A stretch of 64,000 bases of DNA from Octopus sinensis. Its lineage: Eukaryota. Numbering within the stretch: position 1 is the first letter of the stretch; each line of letters opens with the position of its first letter. Location of the stretch: NCBI RefSeq assembly GCF_006345805.1, contig NC_043004.1, forward strand, positions 48,484,001 to 48,548,000. Reading direction: 5' to 3'. The notes under the pieces were generated by a model. The model worked only from the letters and a program-made list of their open reading frames with translations. It was not told the DNA's origin and did not search any database. Positions 27,431-41,495 of the stretch are shown one piece after another. A program made the translations under genes and the position numbers.

Positions 27431-27791
27431 CAAGTACAAATTTGACAAAGTAATATCACAGCATTTAAATCAACATCAGGACAAGGAAGGAAGTCAACTG
27501 TAGCATGATTTAAACTCCAAGTAACTAAATACCACATCATCGCCATTTTAATATCTAATGTTTTCTATGCTCACATGGGATCAGATGGAATTTGTTGAAA
27601 CAGATTTTCTATAGCCAGATTGGTGACTCTTCCTGTCACCAATCCTCACTTGTTTCCAAGTATGGTAATATTCCTCCAATAATCAAACATGTTTTCGTGG
27701 AAGATGAAGGACACTGCTTGCATGACAATGGCTCTTTTACATCATGTAAAGTCAAGGCAAGGAAACAGTAACACAAGCACACATACACAGA

Positions 27792-27886
<95 letters not shown>

Positions 27887-30000
27887 ATATGCACACAATC
27901 TTCTTTCAGTTTGCATCTACCAAATCCACTCACAAGGCTTTGGCCGATCCAGGTCTATAGTAAAAGATATGCACCCAAGGTGGCATCTAGTGAAGCTGAA
28001 CCCAAAATGTGGTTGAGAAGCAAGCTGCTTACCACACAGCCCTGGCTGCATTTTGTTTCCAACATAAGCATATAAACCATAAATTCATGGGAGAAGGGTA
28101 TAGTCAATTAAACAAACTCCAGTACTTGACTGATTAACTTATGCTATGGACTCCAGGAAGATGAAATCCAAAGTCAACTTGGCAGGATTTGAACTCCAAA
28201 CATAAGACATATAATAAGCAAACAACTCAATATTTCATGTGGTATTTTATAATTAATCTGTGATTACATTTTCTTAGTGCCGATTATATAAATAAATGGC
28301 ATGTAAAGTCCCTGCTAAAATATGTCTCTAACAAGACTAACCTCACATGGCTACACAATATAGCATATGAACATCGTATGCACTATTTAAATAAAAACTG
28401 GTGCACCACCAACACTCAGTTTACTGCAACACTCATTGGCTTGTTACATCTCCATACACTTGCTATAACGGTTGTCCCAGATTCCAACCATGATTGCCAT
28501 CATTCATCATTATCATCATTTAATGTCTGCTGTCCATGCTGGCATGGGTTGGACAGTTTGACAGGAGCTGGCTAGGCAGAAGACTGCACCTTGCTTTGCT
28601 GTCTGTTGTTTTGGTATGGTTTTTATGGCTGGATGCCCTTCCTAACACCAACCACTCTGCACAGTGGACTGAGTGCTTTTTATGTGGCACCAGAAACAGG
28701 CGAGGTCAGTTTTGGAATGGTTTATTTTTACAGTTGGATGCCCTTCCTAATGCCAACCACTACACAGTGAGAACTGGATGCTTGATGACATTAATTACGA
28801 CTTATCTATTTAATTAAGCCTCATTTAAAAAGCAGAACAAAATGCTCAGATTGGTATAAATTCAATTGGAAGAATAATCCACCACACAAGAACCAAAGAA
28901 GAATAAAAAGAGAAAACTTGTGATATTTGATTGTACTAAATAGTACAATCAAATGAACCCAGATGAAAAGTATAGTAACAGCGCAGCTAGGGACAATCAG
29001 CTGAGATTAAGCTAATCTTAAACAACACCTCTGTATAAGCTTAAATTCACATTTTAATATATTTCTCATCATACATGTGAAAGTGGAAATGACTAAATAT
29101 TTACGTTTGATTGACCTGAAATTAAATTTATACTCCCCCTTCTTCCATCATTAGCCCTCGTGTCACTGAAGGGACCAAATCTTTTGATTCACTTGCATCA
29201 AATTCCTAGCAATTATACGTCAAACCTTCCTTTTGTTTTGTTTTTCTATTTTACTGGCTCCTTCACAGAGACTTCAGGTCATAGATGATCGAGTAAAACA
29301 ATTTTTTTATACTTCTTTGTAAAAATATAAGAGATATTGCAAGTGAGAGATGTTAACTGTAAACTAAGCAACATAATTATAGTATAATCACTAAAATACA
29401 ACCACTAGCAGAACAATAAATTACCGATTCTACTTCAACTAATAGACAGTGAAAACTGAAGATAATACAGTTTCGATTTGTCTTGTCCTCTTTATGCTTT
29501 TCCATCCATTATTTCATACTAGCATCATTAAGATTTTTGGATCAAACATATTACAGATCAGTAAGCATGACTCTTACCACCTGTTTTTCATTGAAGACCA
29601 ACTTTAAATTCTATAATACAGCCTTCCTGTTTTAAAATGATCTAAGCAAAAAACCTTCCATCAAAATTTGTTAACCTATGTTTTAAATACCAGTTTAACA
29701 ATGATAAAGTTATTTTACTAAATTCTTCATTATTTTAAAAATTAGTGAATCAAAAACAGTATATTTCTACAGAAATATGGTAAAAAAAAGGGGAGGGATT
29801 AAAATATCTTGCTTAAGAGTTACAAGAAAAACAGTTTGAACTCTTGACCATACAGTCCTTAAAACAGTCATCTACAATGACGATTTTAAATAGGCAAGGG
29901 ATCAGCTTAAAACAATTAGAAGAGCAACAGCTTATGTAAAACAAACAGTCCATTAATGTTAATACTGTCCACCATTATCATAATTTCTTTGAAAATAGTT

Positions 30001-30351
30001 TTAACTCTTTAGCATTTAAACCAGTCATATCCAGAGCCAGATCCAGCCTCTCACACTTACCCTACAATGTCATTCTAAATATAAACAATCACATCACTGG
30101 AATAATGCATGATTGATTGGTGCCATCATGTAAAAAGCACTGGTGCTAGTACCACATAAAAAGCACCCAGTACATTAAGAAGGGCATCCAGCCCAGAAAC
30201 CAGGCTAAAATAGACTAAGGAATCTGGTGTGGTCCCTGGCCTTACTAGTTCCTATCAAGTCATTCAACCCATGCCAGCATGAGAAATAGACACTAAATGT
30301 CAATGATGATGACAATGATTTGACAAAGTAATCTGAATGCTAAATGGTTAA
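30001..30351. mobile_element. MITE family P1, opposite orientation, interrupted by a family-B fragment (about 30118-30312)
   Basis: ttaactctttagcatt...gaatgctaaatggttaa with an internal aagaagggcatccagc/catgccagcatg block. Confidence 0.7.
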
Positions 30352-31621
30352 AAATACCCCGCCTCATCATGGACTGAGCTAGTGGGGAAAAACATAAAAA
30401 TATTGATAAATATTATTTGACAAACTGCACTGCCATTCAATAAAACACAAAGACAAAAAAATAATAAAACAAACATTTTGTCGATGACTCAAGCTAAACA
30501 GAGAGAGACAATGAAAGCAAGAACTCAATCTGGAACAAAAAAACAGAAATAGACTACACCACCATCATCACCAGGACAGAGCGAGAACGCTTGTGACCTG
30601 ACCACTAAAACTGGTTTAGAGAGAGAGAAAAGAGAATATCAGAACTCATAATTCAAGCCCAATCTATAGAAGATAAATAGAAAGCACAATCTAAGCTATG
30701 CTATGACAATAACAAATTTAGATAAAAAATTTATGTCAGCAAACCTTACAGATCATATCAAATTATAGACCAGGCAGGGACAATTTGTTTTTCAAGAAGC
30801 AGGTTATATGAAACATGGCTCATCATGCAGCAAGTCACACAATCCAAAATATTCAAGGTAATTTTTAATTAGGGATGCTTTTCAAAAGATCTCATGGGTC
30901 ACCATTTGCTCAAAACTGATTTAGATTCTTTGAGGGTCAAATAAATCCTCTTTATATCAGCAATGGCAAATTGGCTCAGGTGTTAGAACATCAGCCAATG
31001 CTTGATAGTATTTGTTGCAGCTCACTGCACTCAAATCCTGCCACAGTTGAATTTGACTTTCATACATTGGGTCGGAAGTGGCTAATAAAAAAAATACTGA
31101 TCAAGTGTGATGGATTGGAGGAACTGTAAGAACATTGGATCAAATGTCTTGCAGCTTTTGTTCTCCAAGTGGAAATCATACCATGGTCTCCTTAGGTAAA
31201 CTTAATTTTCCACTCAGTCTAACACAATCACCTGAGACCTTGGGTGTCTTTATTTTATCAGAGTTTACTTTACTGCAAGTATTCTTCCTCCCTTAGAGGC
31301 CGTGTGAAGAGTCATGAGTACTGCAACCCCTCACACACACACACACATATGAAGAACTTGTGGATGTAACTTTGACATTTCAGAGCAGGGTAGTTGCATT
31401 TAATAAAGAAGAAAACTTGAATTAATACTTGAAATAAACAAATAAATAGTTCAGTCTTATGGCAACAAGTAGTCCTCTTATGGTACCGAGTAAGAAATAT
31501 GTTAATACCTGCTCTAATCTTTGATGATTCCTAGAGATTGAGTATAATATAAAGCAGATGAGATAGAAATCTACCCATGGATAAGTAAACATTTCCAAAT
31601 GAAATGGCAAAACGTGTAGAA

Positions 31622-31775
31622 CAGGCTTGGGCAACCTTTTTCAAGTAGCAGGCTGCATGAAACATGGCTCATGATCAGGTTGGCTGCACTACTAAAAAAA
31701 ATTCAAACAAGGTAACTTTTCATTTAGGTGGGCCATTCAGAAAGTCCTGTAGGCTGCAGTTTGCCCATTACCCAT
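31622..31775. mobile_element. hAT-like MITE; a diverged second copy lies at about 30771-30923
   Basis: caggcttgggcaac...gtttgcccattaccc. Shares caag-agcagg...tgaaacatggctcat with the 30771 copy. Confidence 0.5.
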
Positions 31776-33559
31776 GAGATTTTCTGAATAGCATGCCTAA
31801 TTAAAAATTACCTTGAATTTTTTTTGGGGTTGTGTGATTTGCCTCATGATTGATATAGAATAAAGTATCTTAATGAAACAAATTACCCGCAACTAACTCT
31901 GAATGAATAATCATAATACTCAATTATTTCACCTCTATAACATCCAGAATGTGACATAAAAACAGAAGTAGCATAGCCTGGCTAAACTTCACTACCTTGC
32001 CATGTGACTGCATTATGTCACATAACGACAAAATGCCCTGCAATTTGTTTTGATGAACACACTGCACCCGCATGGGTTGACCACTAAACAGTCTTGAACT
32101 GCCATACAGCACCCACAGATATCTTGACCCTCCACCCCTGCACAGAAAATACACATTTTAACCACCAATGAATAACACTCCTTCAAATAGTCTGTTTGCG
32201 GAGAGGGGGAACAGGATATTCATGGCAAGAATACTGGTTCCCGGATGAAGACTGACCTAGATCTAAGCAACGATAGCAAAACAACAACACTTCTGACCAT
32301 AGCAATGCCATAGCTCACCAGGGTTCTTACGACAAAAGACCAAGACCATTGAGGACTTGAGTCCTCAATAGGTTTTAATAGTTCATAAGTACGCAATCTT
32401 AACTAGTTTGTTTTGTATGATGTTTAAAACATGTTAGTATACAATATGCTGCAAAAGCTAACAAAAATTGACTATGAAGTTATGGACAGGGTGACCAATG
32501 GAGGCCAAAATTATAAGTAAGGACAAAATGATCATCAAAACCTTTGGATGTGTGTATGTATGTATGTATGTATATATTATATATATATATATATAGAAGT
32601 GTGTGTGTAAATATGTATTACTAATTAATTGTGTATGACTGTCTCAGTAGCAGTGTCTGCTTGTCTCCATACATGTGTACCTATCAGTATTTGTGTATGT
32701 AGTAAACACACACACACACACACACACACATATATGCATATGTGCCAGTCTATATATGTATCTGCATGCCTTCTTGTTTTCGTACATGTGTACCTCTTGG
32801 TGTGTGTGTGTGTGTGTGTGTATTCTATTTCTGTATGTGCCCTTTATTTCCTTGTATGTTTGCCTATGTGCGACCAAAATGGAGGCAATCTATAATTTAC
32901 TAGGCTTTGTTTCTAAAACATACCACTACCTTATACAGAGAGTAGAGTGAACAGTTGTTTTGTTTGTTTGTTTTTTTGGTTTTTTTTTAGATATATTTTT
33001 ATCAAGTACTAATGTCCTCATGGTTAGTCAGTCCCTGATTAGTGCAGCGCTAGTTGGTGTGTCTCCCATCGAGAGAGGGAGAGACAGAGAGAAACAACAG
33101 TCATGGTGGCGGTGAGCAGTGTGACTAGATGGATAATAATAGTCTGCCTGATGACTGCACCACTCTACAAAGCACTCTACATCAGCAACAGCGTGTATGT
33201 GTATATAAACACATATACATGTCTATACACTGTATATTATACATATGTACACCACAGATTGTATGTATATGCATACACTGTACACACACACATATACTAA
33301 CATTATATGCATATGCATATATATATATATGCATATATATATATATATACTATACACACACACAAACATTTCTCTGTGTGTGTGTGTGTATGTATGTATA
33401 CTGGAACTAGTTATATTATGGTTAAGATCACTTAAGAATATCCCTATGGTTATACAGAAAGAGGAAAATACGTGTGTTAATGGTCATGCCTTTCCCCGCA
33501 TGAAATTAACACTTATAAATGATGTGATATTGAAGAAAAAAATATAAACCGGCTCATGA

Positions 33560-33562
33560 TAT

Positions 33563-33620
<58 letters not shown>

Positions 33621-33684
33621 CATATTATATTATATTATATTATTATATATATAATATATTATATATATATATATATATATATAC

Positions 33685-33716
<32 letters not shown>

Positions 33717-33846
33717 CATTATATAATATAATATATATATATATATATACATATTATATATAATATATATATATATATAACATATTATATAAATATATAA
33801 TATATATACATATATAATAATATATATATAGATACATATTATATAA

Positions 33847-33890
<44 letters not shown>

Positions 33891-34065
33891 CATATATTAT
33901 ATATATATATATATATATACAATATTATATATAATATACATATATATAATATTATATATATAATATATATATATTATATTATATATACATATATATATAT
34001 ACATACATATTATATATAATATATATATATATACATACATATTATATATATATATATATATATAC

Positions 34066-34103
<38 letters not shown>

Positions 34104-35213
34104 CATATATATATAATATATATATATATACTACATATATATATAATATATATATATATACATATTATATATAATATATATATATACATAATATATATAT
34201 ACATACATATATATATATTAATATATAATACATACATATTATATATTAATATATATATATACTACATATATATACATACATTTATATATAATTATATATT
34301 ATATATACTACATATTATAATATATACATACATATATATAATATATATATACATACATATATATATAATATATATATATACATACATATTATATATATAT
34401 ATATATATATACATACATATTATAATATATATATATTATACATACATATATATATATATATATCATATATATACATACATATATATATATATATACATAC
34501 ATTTATATATAATATATATATATACATACATATTATATAATATATATACATACACATATATATATAATATATATATATACATACACATATATATATATAT
34601 ACATACATAATATATATACATACATAATATATACATACATATATATAATACATACATATTATATATATATATACTATACATATATTACATACATATATAT
34701 ATACATACATATAATATATATATATATATACTACATATATATACATACATATATATATATATCATACATATTATATATATATATATATATAATACATATA
34801 TATACATACATATTATATACATATATTATATATATATATATAACATATTATATATATATACATACATATTATATAATATATATACATACATATTATATAT
34901 CATATATAATATATACATATTATATATACATACATATTATATATTATATATATATACATATTATATATACATACATATTATATATTATATATATATACAT
35001 ACATATTATATATCATATATAATACATACATATTATATATCTATATATATATATACATATTATATATACATACATATTATATATACATATAATATATATA
35101 TATTATATACATATTATATATATATATACATATTATACATTATATATATATACATATATATATTATATACATTATATATATATACATATATATATATCTA
35201 TAATAATACATAT

Positions 35214-35247
<34 letters not shown>

Positions 35248-36310
35248 CATCTTATATATATATATATTATATATATATACATATAATATATATAATATAT
35301 ATATACATATTATATATATAACATATATATATATATTATATACATTATATATATCTATACATATTAATATATATACACATATATATATACATATATATTA
35401 TACATATTATATATATATACACATATATATATACATATATACATATATAATATACATATATATTATATACACATATATATATACATATATATATACATAT
35501 TATATATATATACACATATATATATACATATATATATATACATATTATAATATATATACACATATATATATACATATATATATACTATATATATATATAT
35601 ATATACACATATATATATATCTATATATATATATATACATATTGTATATTATATATATAATATATATTACATACATATATATATAATATATACATATTGT
35701 ATATTATGTATATATATATATACATATATATTATATATACATATTGTATATTATGTATATATATATATATATACATATTATTATATATATACATATTATT
35801 ATATATTATATATATATATATACATATACATATATTATATATATACATATTGTATATTATGTAATATATATACATATATAATATATACATATATATTATA
35901 TCTATATATATACATATATATTATATATATATTACATATATATTATATATACATATATTATATATAATATATACATATATATTATATATACATATATATT
36001 ATATATATATATTACATATATATTATATATACATATATATAATATATATATATAATATATATATACATATATATTATATATATATATAACATATATATAT
36101 ATATACATATATATTATATATAAAAATATAATATATATATTATATATACATTATATTATATATAAAATATATAATATATATATTATATATACATATATAT
36201 TATATATAAAATATATAATATATATATTATATATATATATATTATATATATATATATAATATATATATATATGCGCATTCTTACATACACACATTACACA
36301 TATATATATA
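33560..36310. repeat. About 2.7-kb degenerate (TA)n satellite
   Basis: Continuous TA/TACA/TATTA repeats with almost no G. Confidence 0.97.
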
Positions 36311-36569
36311 TCTATAATCCTTGTACACGTATGTGCATAACCATATATTTTTCCCCAAACTCCACACACACACAAATGAGATGTTGAGTAGTTTATTGTG
36401 CTGAATGAGGCGCCATCACCGCACTAAAATGGCCGCAACCTAAAGGAACAAGGAGGAGGAGGATGCTGCCCCACCCCGACCATCTTTTGTCTCAGCGCTC
36501 GGCGTGTGTGTGTGTGTGTGTGTATGTGTTTGTGTCAAGGGAAAGAAAAAGCTTGTCTCTCGTACTTAC

Positions 36570-36654
36570 ATAGTCGTGAAAAGCTTTAGCCTCACTAGAA
36601 TGATCACACGTATCTCTCCTTTCTGGTGCTGCACAGTATAAATCCCAAAATACG
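36570..36654 (-). CDS. SSBP3: SSBP coding exon 4 (85 nt), (C)[28 protein letters not shown]
   Basis: ttttttcag|C GTA TTT TGG GAT ... CAC GAC TAT|gtaagt. End of the LUFS domain; visible inside ORF 36492..36737. The downstream Pro/Gly/Met-rich exons were not found in the window. Confidence 0.98.
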
Positions 36655-37059
36655 CTGAAAAAAATGTAATGAAAGAAAAAAAAGAAGCGTTGGAGTGAGT
36701 CAAGTTTATTGAAGCTACCGCCATGTCTTTGGGACATGGCGATATGTTACGGAAGGGAATAAACAACAAACTGGAAACGAAAGGCAGCTTTAGAAATTAT
36801 AAATATATTTATCCATTATAATGGCCACCACCACACGTGTGTGGAAAAATTTAAACTTTAATAATGATATAAATGGGATGCTATAACGCTGCTGATATAT
36901 TTTAATTATAAGAATGTCTGTGAAGTGCGTTGAATCCATTAAAAACATAAGACTTCATACAGACTATTTTAGATATTTCTAAATTCCTTCCACATCTTTT
37001 ATTTTTCAGAGTAATACAGAAAACGGGATGGAAATGGAGAAATAAAAGCCGTTATATAT

Positions 37060-37293
37060 ATATATCTTTATTGTCCACAAGGGGCTAAACATAGAAGGGA
37101 TAAACAAGGACAGACAAAGGGATTTAAGTCGATTACATCGACCTCAGTGCGAAACTGGTACTTTATTTATCGACCCCGAGAGGATAAAAGGCAAAGTCGA
37201 CCTCGGCGGAATTCGAACTCGGAACGTAACGACAGACGAAATACCGCTAAGCATTTCGCCCGGCGCGCTAACGTTTCTGCCAGCTCGCCGCCA
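37060..37293 (-). mobile_element. tRNA-derived SINE family C, young copy
   Basis: Minus strand ggcggcgagctggcagaaacgttagc (A box)...gagttcgaattcc (B box)...gactttgccttttatcctctcggggtcgat. CpG-rich, hence little decayed. Another copy begins at about 63855 and runs off the window end. Confidence 0.85.
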
Positions 37294-37886
37294 CACATAC
37301 ACACATATATATGTGTATATATATTACCAAATATATGTCCCATACATCATGAATTAAACGGGACACATTTCCACATAAAATAGGTTTTTGTTATTTTTTT
37401 CACAGAAATGAGACAAAACTCCATTCCCGACACACAACCAAAAGTACTTTTGGCGTAGCTGAAATGTGGCCATAACAATAATAATCTGGTTTTATTTAGT
37501 CAAGGAAAATTCTTTTTTAACGAAACATCACATTATCATTATTTTATTGTTGTGTAGTTGCAGACCTTACTGCAAATCACCATCGTGTTGTTTGTGTGTA
37601 TATTATATATAACACACACACACACGGTAACGGTTTACTTCATGGTATGAAAACCATACAATAAATCTTCATGGTAAAGTGGATATATCGTTTAGTAAGA
37701 TATATTACTGTAACAATTAAATAAAGCCTATAATATGTAGTCTCTAATACATTAAAGTACTGTGGGTAGAACATTTACAGTAATAAAATATACCCGAGTA
37801 TTATACATACATGTGAGTGTATATTGAATAGACATAAGCAATAGTTGAAGCAGTATTAATAAGACATACGTTGATACATGCATGTT

Positions 37887-37975
<89 letters not shown>

Positions 37976-37984
37976 TATATATAT

Positions 37985-38021
<37 letters not shown>

Positions 38022-38864
38022 TATACACATATATATATATACACATATACATATACACTCATGTACATATACAATCATGAATAAACATTGTATAAACATA
38101 GGCTGTTATAAGTAGGTACATTATACATGTATAACAGCATATACGTACGAATATATTTATATTAGCATTTTGTTATACATGTGCGAATACATCCATAAAA
38201 TGTATACACATTTATACGCATGAACACACACTCATATACATAAAGTAACTATAGTATGTTTGCAATGAAATTTTGGAAGACTATACAATGATAAACTATT
38301 TATTATTATACACACTGACACGGTATATAACAAAAATATCTTGTGTACACTGTATAACAATGTATACTAGCATCCTATGTAACAAAAATATCTTTAATAT
38401 ATATATACACACTGGCAGCTTCGTCTTTTTAACATTAAACTTGACAGTATATAATTACATTATATGCAAATAACAACACCTTATACATACATAGGCACTC
38501 AACACAGTCTTTAGTGTTTATTATTAGATACCATATATGTTATACACACACACACATGACCAGCACAATGGATTTTACAACAATGTATATATATACTAGC
38601 AAGCAGAACGTGTAATATAATAAAACATAGTCTACACATCCACACAGACAGCGTGTAAACTTACACAGCAGCTCAACACACAAATATAGAAAATGAACAC
38701 AGGATGGAAAGGACGAGCTAAAAGAACTGGCAGAGAGAAATGTCTAAAGCTGTTTGTTTATTAGTTTGCCCCAAGATCGAGCAGAGCTTATGACTAAAGG
38801 CGTTCCAGTCATGACTATCCCGTTCTCTTATACAATCTAGAAAACATTGCCCAATGTGGGTCCT

Positions 38865-39281
38865 GGATCTTTTCAGTTTGAACGGCAGTTTTTTCTAGCG
38901 GTGTTATATGAAATTGTCACCCATAATTATGACCCTAGTATCGATCTATTGCATTTCAATCTGTTTTAGGGTTAGGGGTGGGGGGAAAGGTATCTTTTTT
39001 TCGTCACAAATGTAAATAAACCCAATCTGTTTCTTAAACGAGGGACATATTCATACGGCACAGAATGTTTTTTTTTACCTCAATGGACGTCAGTGATTAG
39101 TTGAAATTGCAGAAATTGAAGAAAAAACAACAACAAATATCTTACAAACTATAGAATTTTCTCAATAAAGCCAAGAGAAAAAGATGTTTTATAAACACAT
39201 TCTACCAGTATACGAAGTTTAAAAGTGTTTAGTTACGTGGAAATTATTTTTAAAAAACTGCCGTTCAAACCGAAAAGATCC
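38865..39281. mobile_element. MITE with 30-bp TIRs and a perfect 8-bp TSD (TGGGTCCT)
   Basis: Left ggatcttttcagtttgaacggcagtttttt; right aaaaaactgccgttcaaaccgaaaagatcc (1 mismatch). TSD at 38857-38864 and 39282-39289. Confidence 0.9.
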
Positions 39282-39296
39282 TGGGTCCTTTTTAAT

Positions 39297-39587
39297 GGTA
39301 CTACTAGCGAACAGTGGTCCAGTTGCGCGCGCGAGTATTCGCGCATCCGCGCTAGCTAGTCATGACTAGTCGATCCTTTGTGTTATTTACTTTGTTTAAA
39401 AAATTAACTAATTTGTTTTTGTGTTTTATTTACTTTGTTTAACAAAAATTATTTACTTTGTGCAAAAGAAAAATTATTTATTTTGTGTTTTATTTACTTT
39501 GCTAGGGGTAGACGTTGTAGGATCGACTAGTCACGTCTAGCTTTTGTACGAGTGCGCGCACCGGGACCACTGTTCGCTAGTGGTACC
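39297..39587. mobile_element. MITE with GGTAC-initiated TIRs and a perfect 9-bp TSD (CTTTTTAAT); Merlin/MULE-like
   Basis: Left ggtactactagcgaacagtggtcc; right ggaccactgttcgctagtggtacc; subterminal gactagtcgatcct / aggatcgactagtc. TSD at 39288-39296 and 39588-39596. Confidence 0.88.
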
Positions 39588-41316
39588 CTTTTTAATAAGA
39601 TAGGTGTAATTTGTGGGAAGATCTTGCTTATTATTTCTAACAAGTCCAGCGACCACATAGAGGTACCCTTCGGTGGCTCGTGGAGAGGCAGTTGTTGTAG
39701 AGTTTGGTGTGAGAGAAAACAAGAGAAGTGAATAGAGAAAAGAGAGAATGGAGGAAGAAAGGTGAAACATTGGGAAGTGTGAAGAGGACGGCAATATGGC
39801 GGCAGGTGGGGAAGAAGAAATAGAAAGACAAGTGATGTGTATTAATAAACAAGAGAAAACGGTCGCATTCGTGGAAGTTAGTGGCTAGCAATATAATGGA
39901 GATTTTAGCGAGGCAAAAAAAAACAAGCCAGAAGCTTGTTGGTGGCTAACAGAGCAGATATGGAGAACTGAGGTCAGAGGTTGTAAGATATTTTGGCAAC
40001 GAGAAAAGCTTTGTTAATCAGGGTTTCGTTAAGTTGGGAGATTAAGCTTTTATTGATAATCGCTGGGATTTGGGTAGAGACGAGAGAGAGAGAGGTCATT
40101 TCTGGCCGTTAATTGTATAAAGTTTTGATGTTGGATGTTTGAGGTTTTATGAATGATTTATAAAAATGTAAGCATTGTTGTTTGGGCAGACAATGGGGGG
40201 TAGGGACAGGAAGTGAGATAGAGGGAGAAAAGGGAGAGTGAGGAAGGATGATAACAAGGATTAAGGGGGGAAGTAAACAAGAGACAACTTTATAGAGGAG
40301 GGGAGGGAGTTGAAGCAATAGACACAGAGGGGGAGTAGTAGTAAGAGTGAATGATGAATGGGAAAAAAAAAACAAAGTTTGGTTAAACAGTAAACTTTCA
40401 CAAACTATGCAGACACACACATTATATATATATATAATGTATGTATATATATATACACGTGTTTGTGTCATACAGTGAGATGCTGGGAGAAAAGAAAGTG
40501 TAGGGTGGAAGAGTGGATTAAAGAGCAATACAGAGCTGACTGGGACCCTCACCCCACCATTCGCTACATGAAATAGAATAAGGCAATAGTAGTAATGTTA
40601 ATTAGAGGATCACACATATATTGCAACGAAGGCACATGGGATAGGATGAACACACAACAAGGAGAATGTGTTAACGAAGACACGCCATTGATATAAATAT
40701 ATATACACATGTACACTTCCATAAACTACTTGCTCTCCACAAACATCAGACCAGATACAGCGTAGAGGCTTCCATGCAGGCTAGTATATACCATACATTC
40801 ACAACAGACCAGACATTACCTTTGTATACACACACACACGCGCGCGATATACATGTGTTACATCACAAATACCTCTACACCGAGATCCATATATGGAGTA
40901 ACAAACTGTGGGGTAACATCCTGTAGACAGATCACACTGTCCAACACAGACCCACAACTTTGAGGAACATCACACATACTTACACCATGAAGTAAGATCA
41001 AAGGTCCACCCCATGGGGTAACACCACAGATCCACACCATGAAGTAACATAATAGACCCACCTCCTGTAGTTACATCACACAGATCTACAGCAGATCCAA
41101 ACCATAAGATTACAACACAGACCCACCTCCTGTTGTTGCAGCACTAAGACCAACAGCCTATGTTTCCACCATACAGACATAGTGTTTACATCATACAAAC
41201 CTACATTCTGGAGTTCAATACAGACCTACACCCAGGGAATTACATCACTGATGTACCCAGTGAAGCTACATTATGTAGAGTGAGGGTTAAATATCCACAC
41301 CCTACGCTCTCCAGAC

Positions 41317-41495
41317 CAGTGGTTTTCAACCAGGGTTCTGCAAGAAGTTACAAAACTGCTAAAATCGGCAGTAATTTTTAAGTCTCCTGTGCAGATATGT
41401 GTGCATAAGACTATTAAATTATTGCACAGGGGTTCCTCGAGCCAGTGGAATGTTTCCTTGGGGTTCCGCTCCAGCAAAAAGTTTGAAAAGCTCTG
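41317..41495. mobile_element. hAT/Charlie-like MITE
   Basis: cagtggttttcaac...gtttgaaaagctctg ends with subterminal ggggttcc motifs. Confidence 0.65.

Noticed and set aside
31924-32154. Minus-strand ORF with a plausible acceptor (ttttctgtgcag) as SSBP exon 5
   Set aside because: In the required phase 0 it hits TAG after 17 codons, and no frame resembles the Pro/Gly/Met-rich SSDP region.
38965-38985. ttagggttagggg telomere-like motif
   Set aside because: Only two units, internal to a MITE; not an interstitial telomere array.
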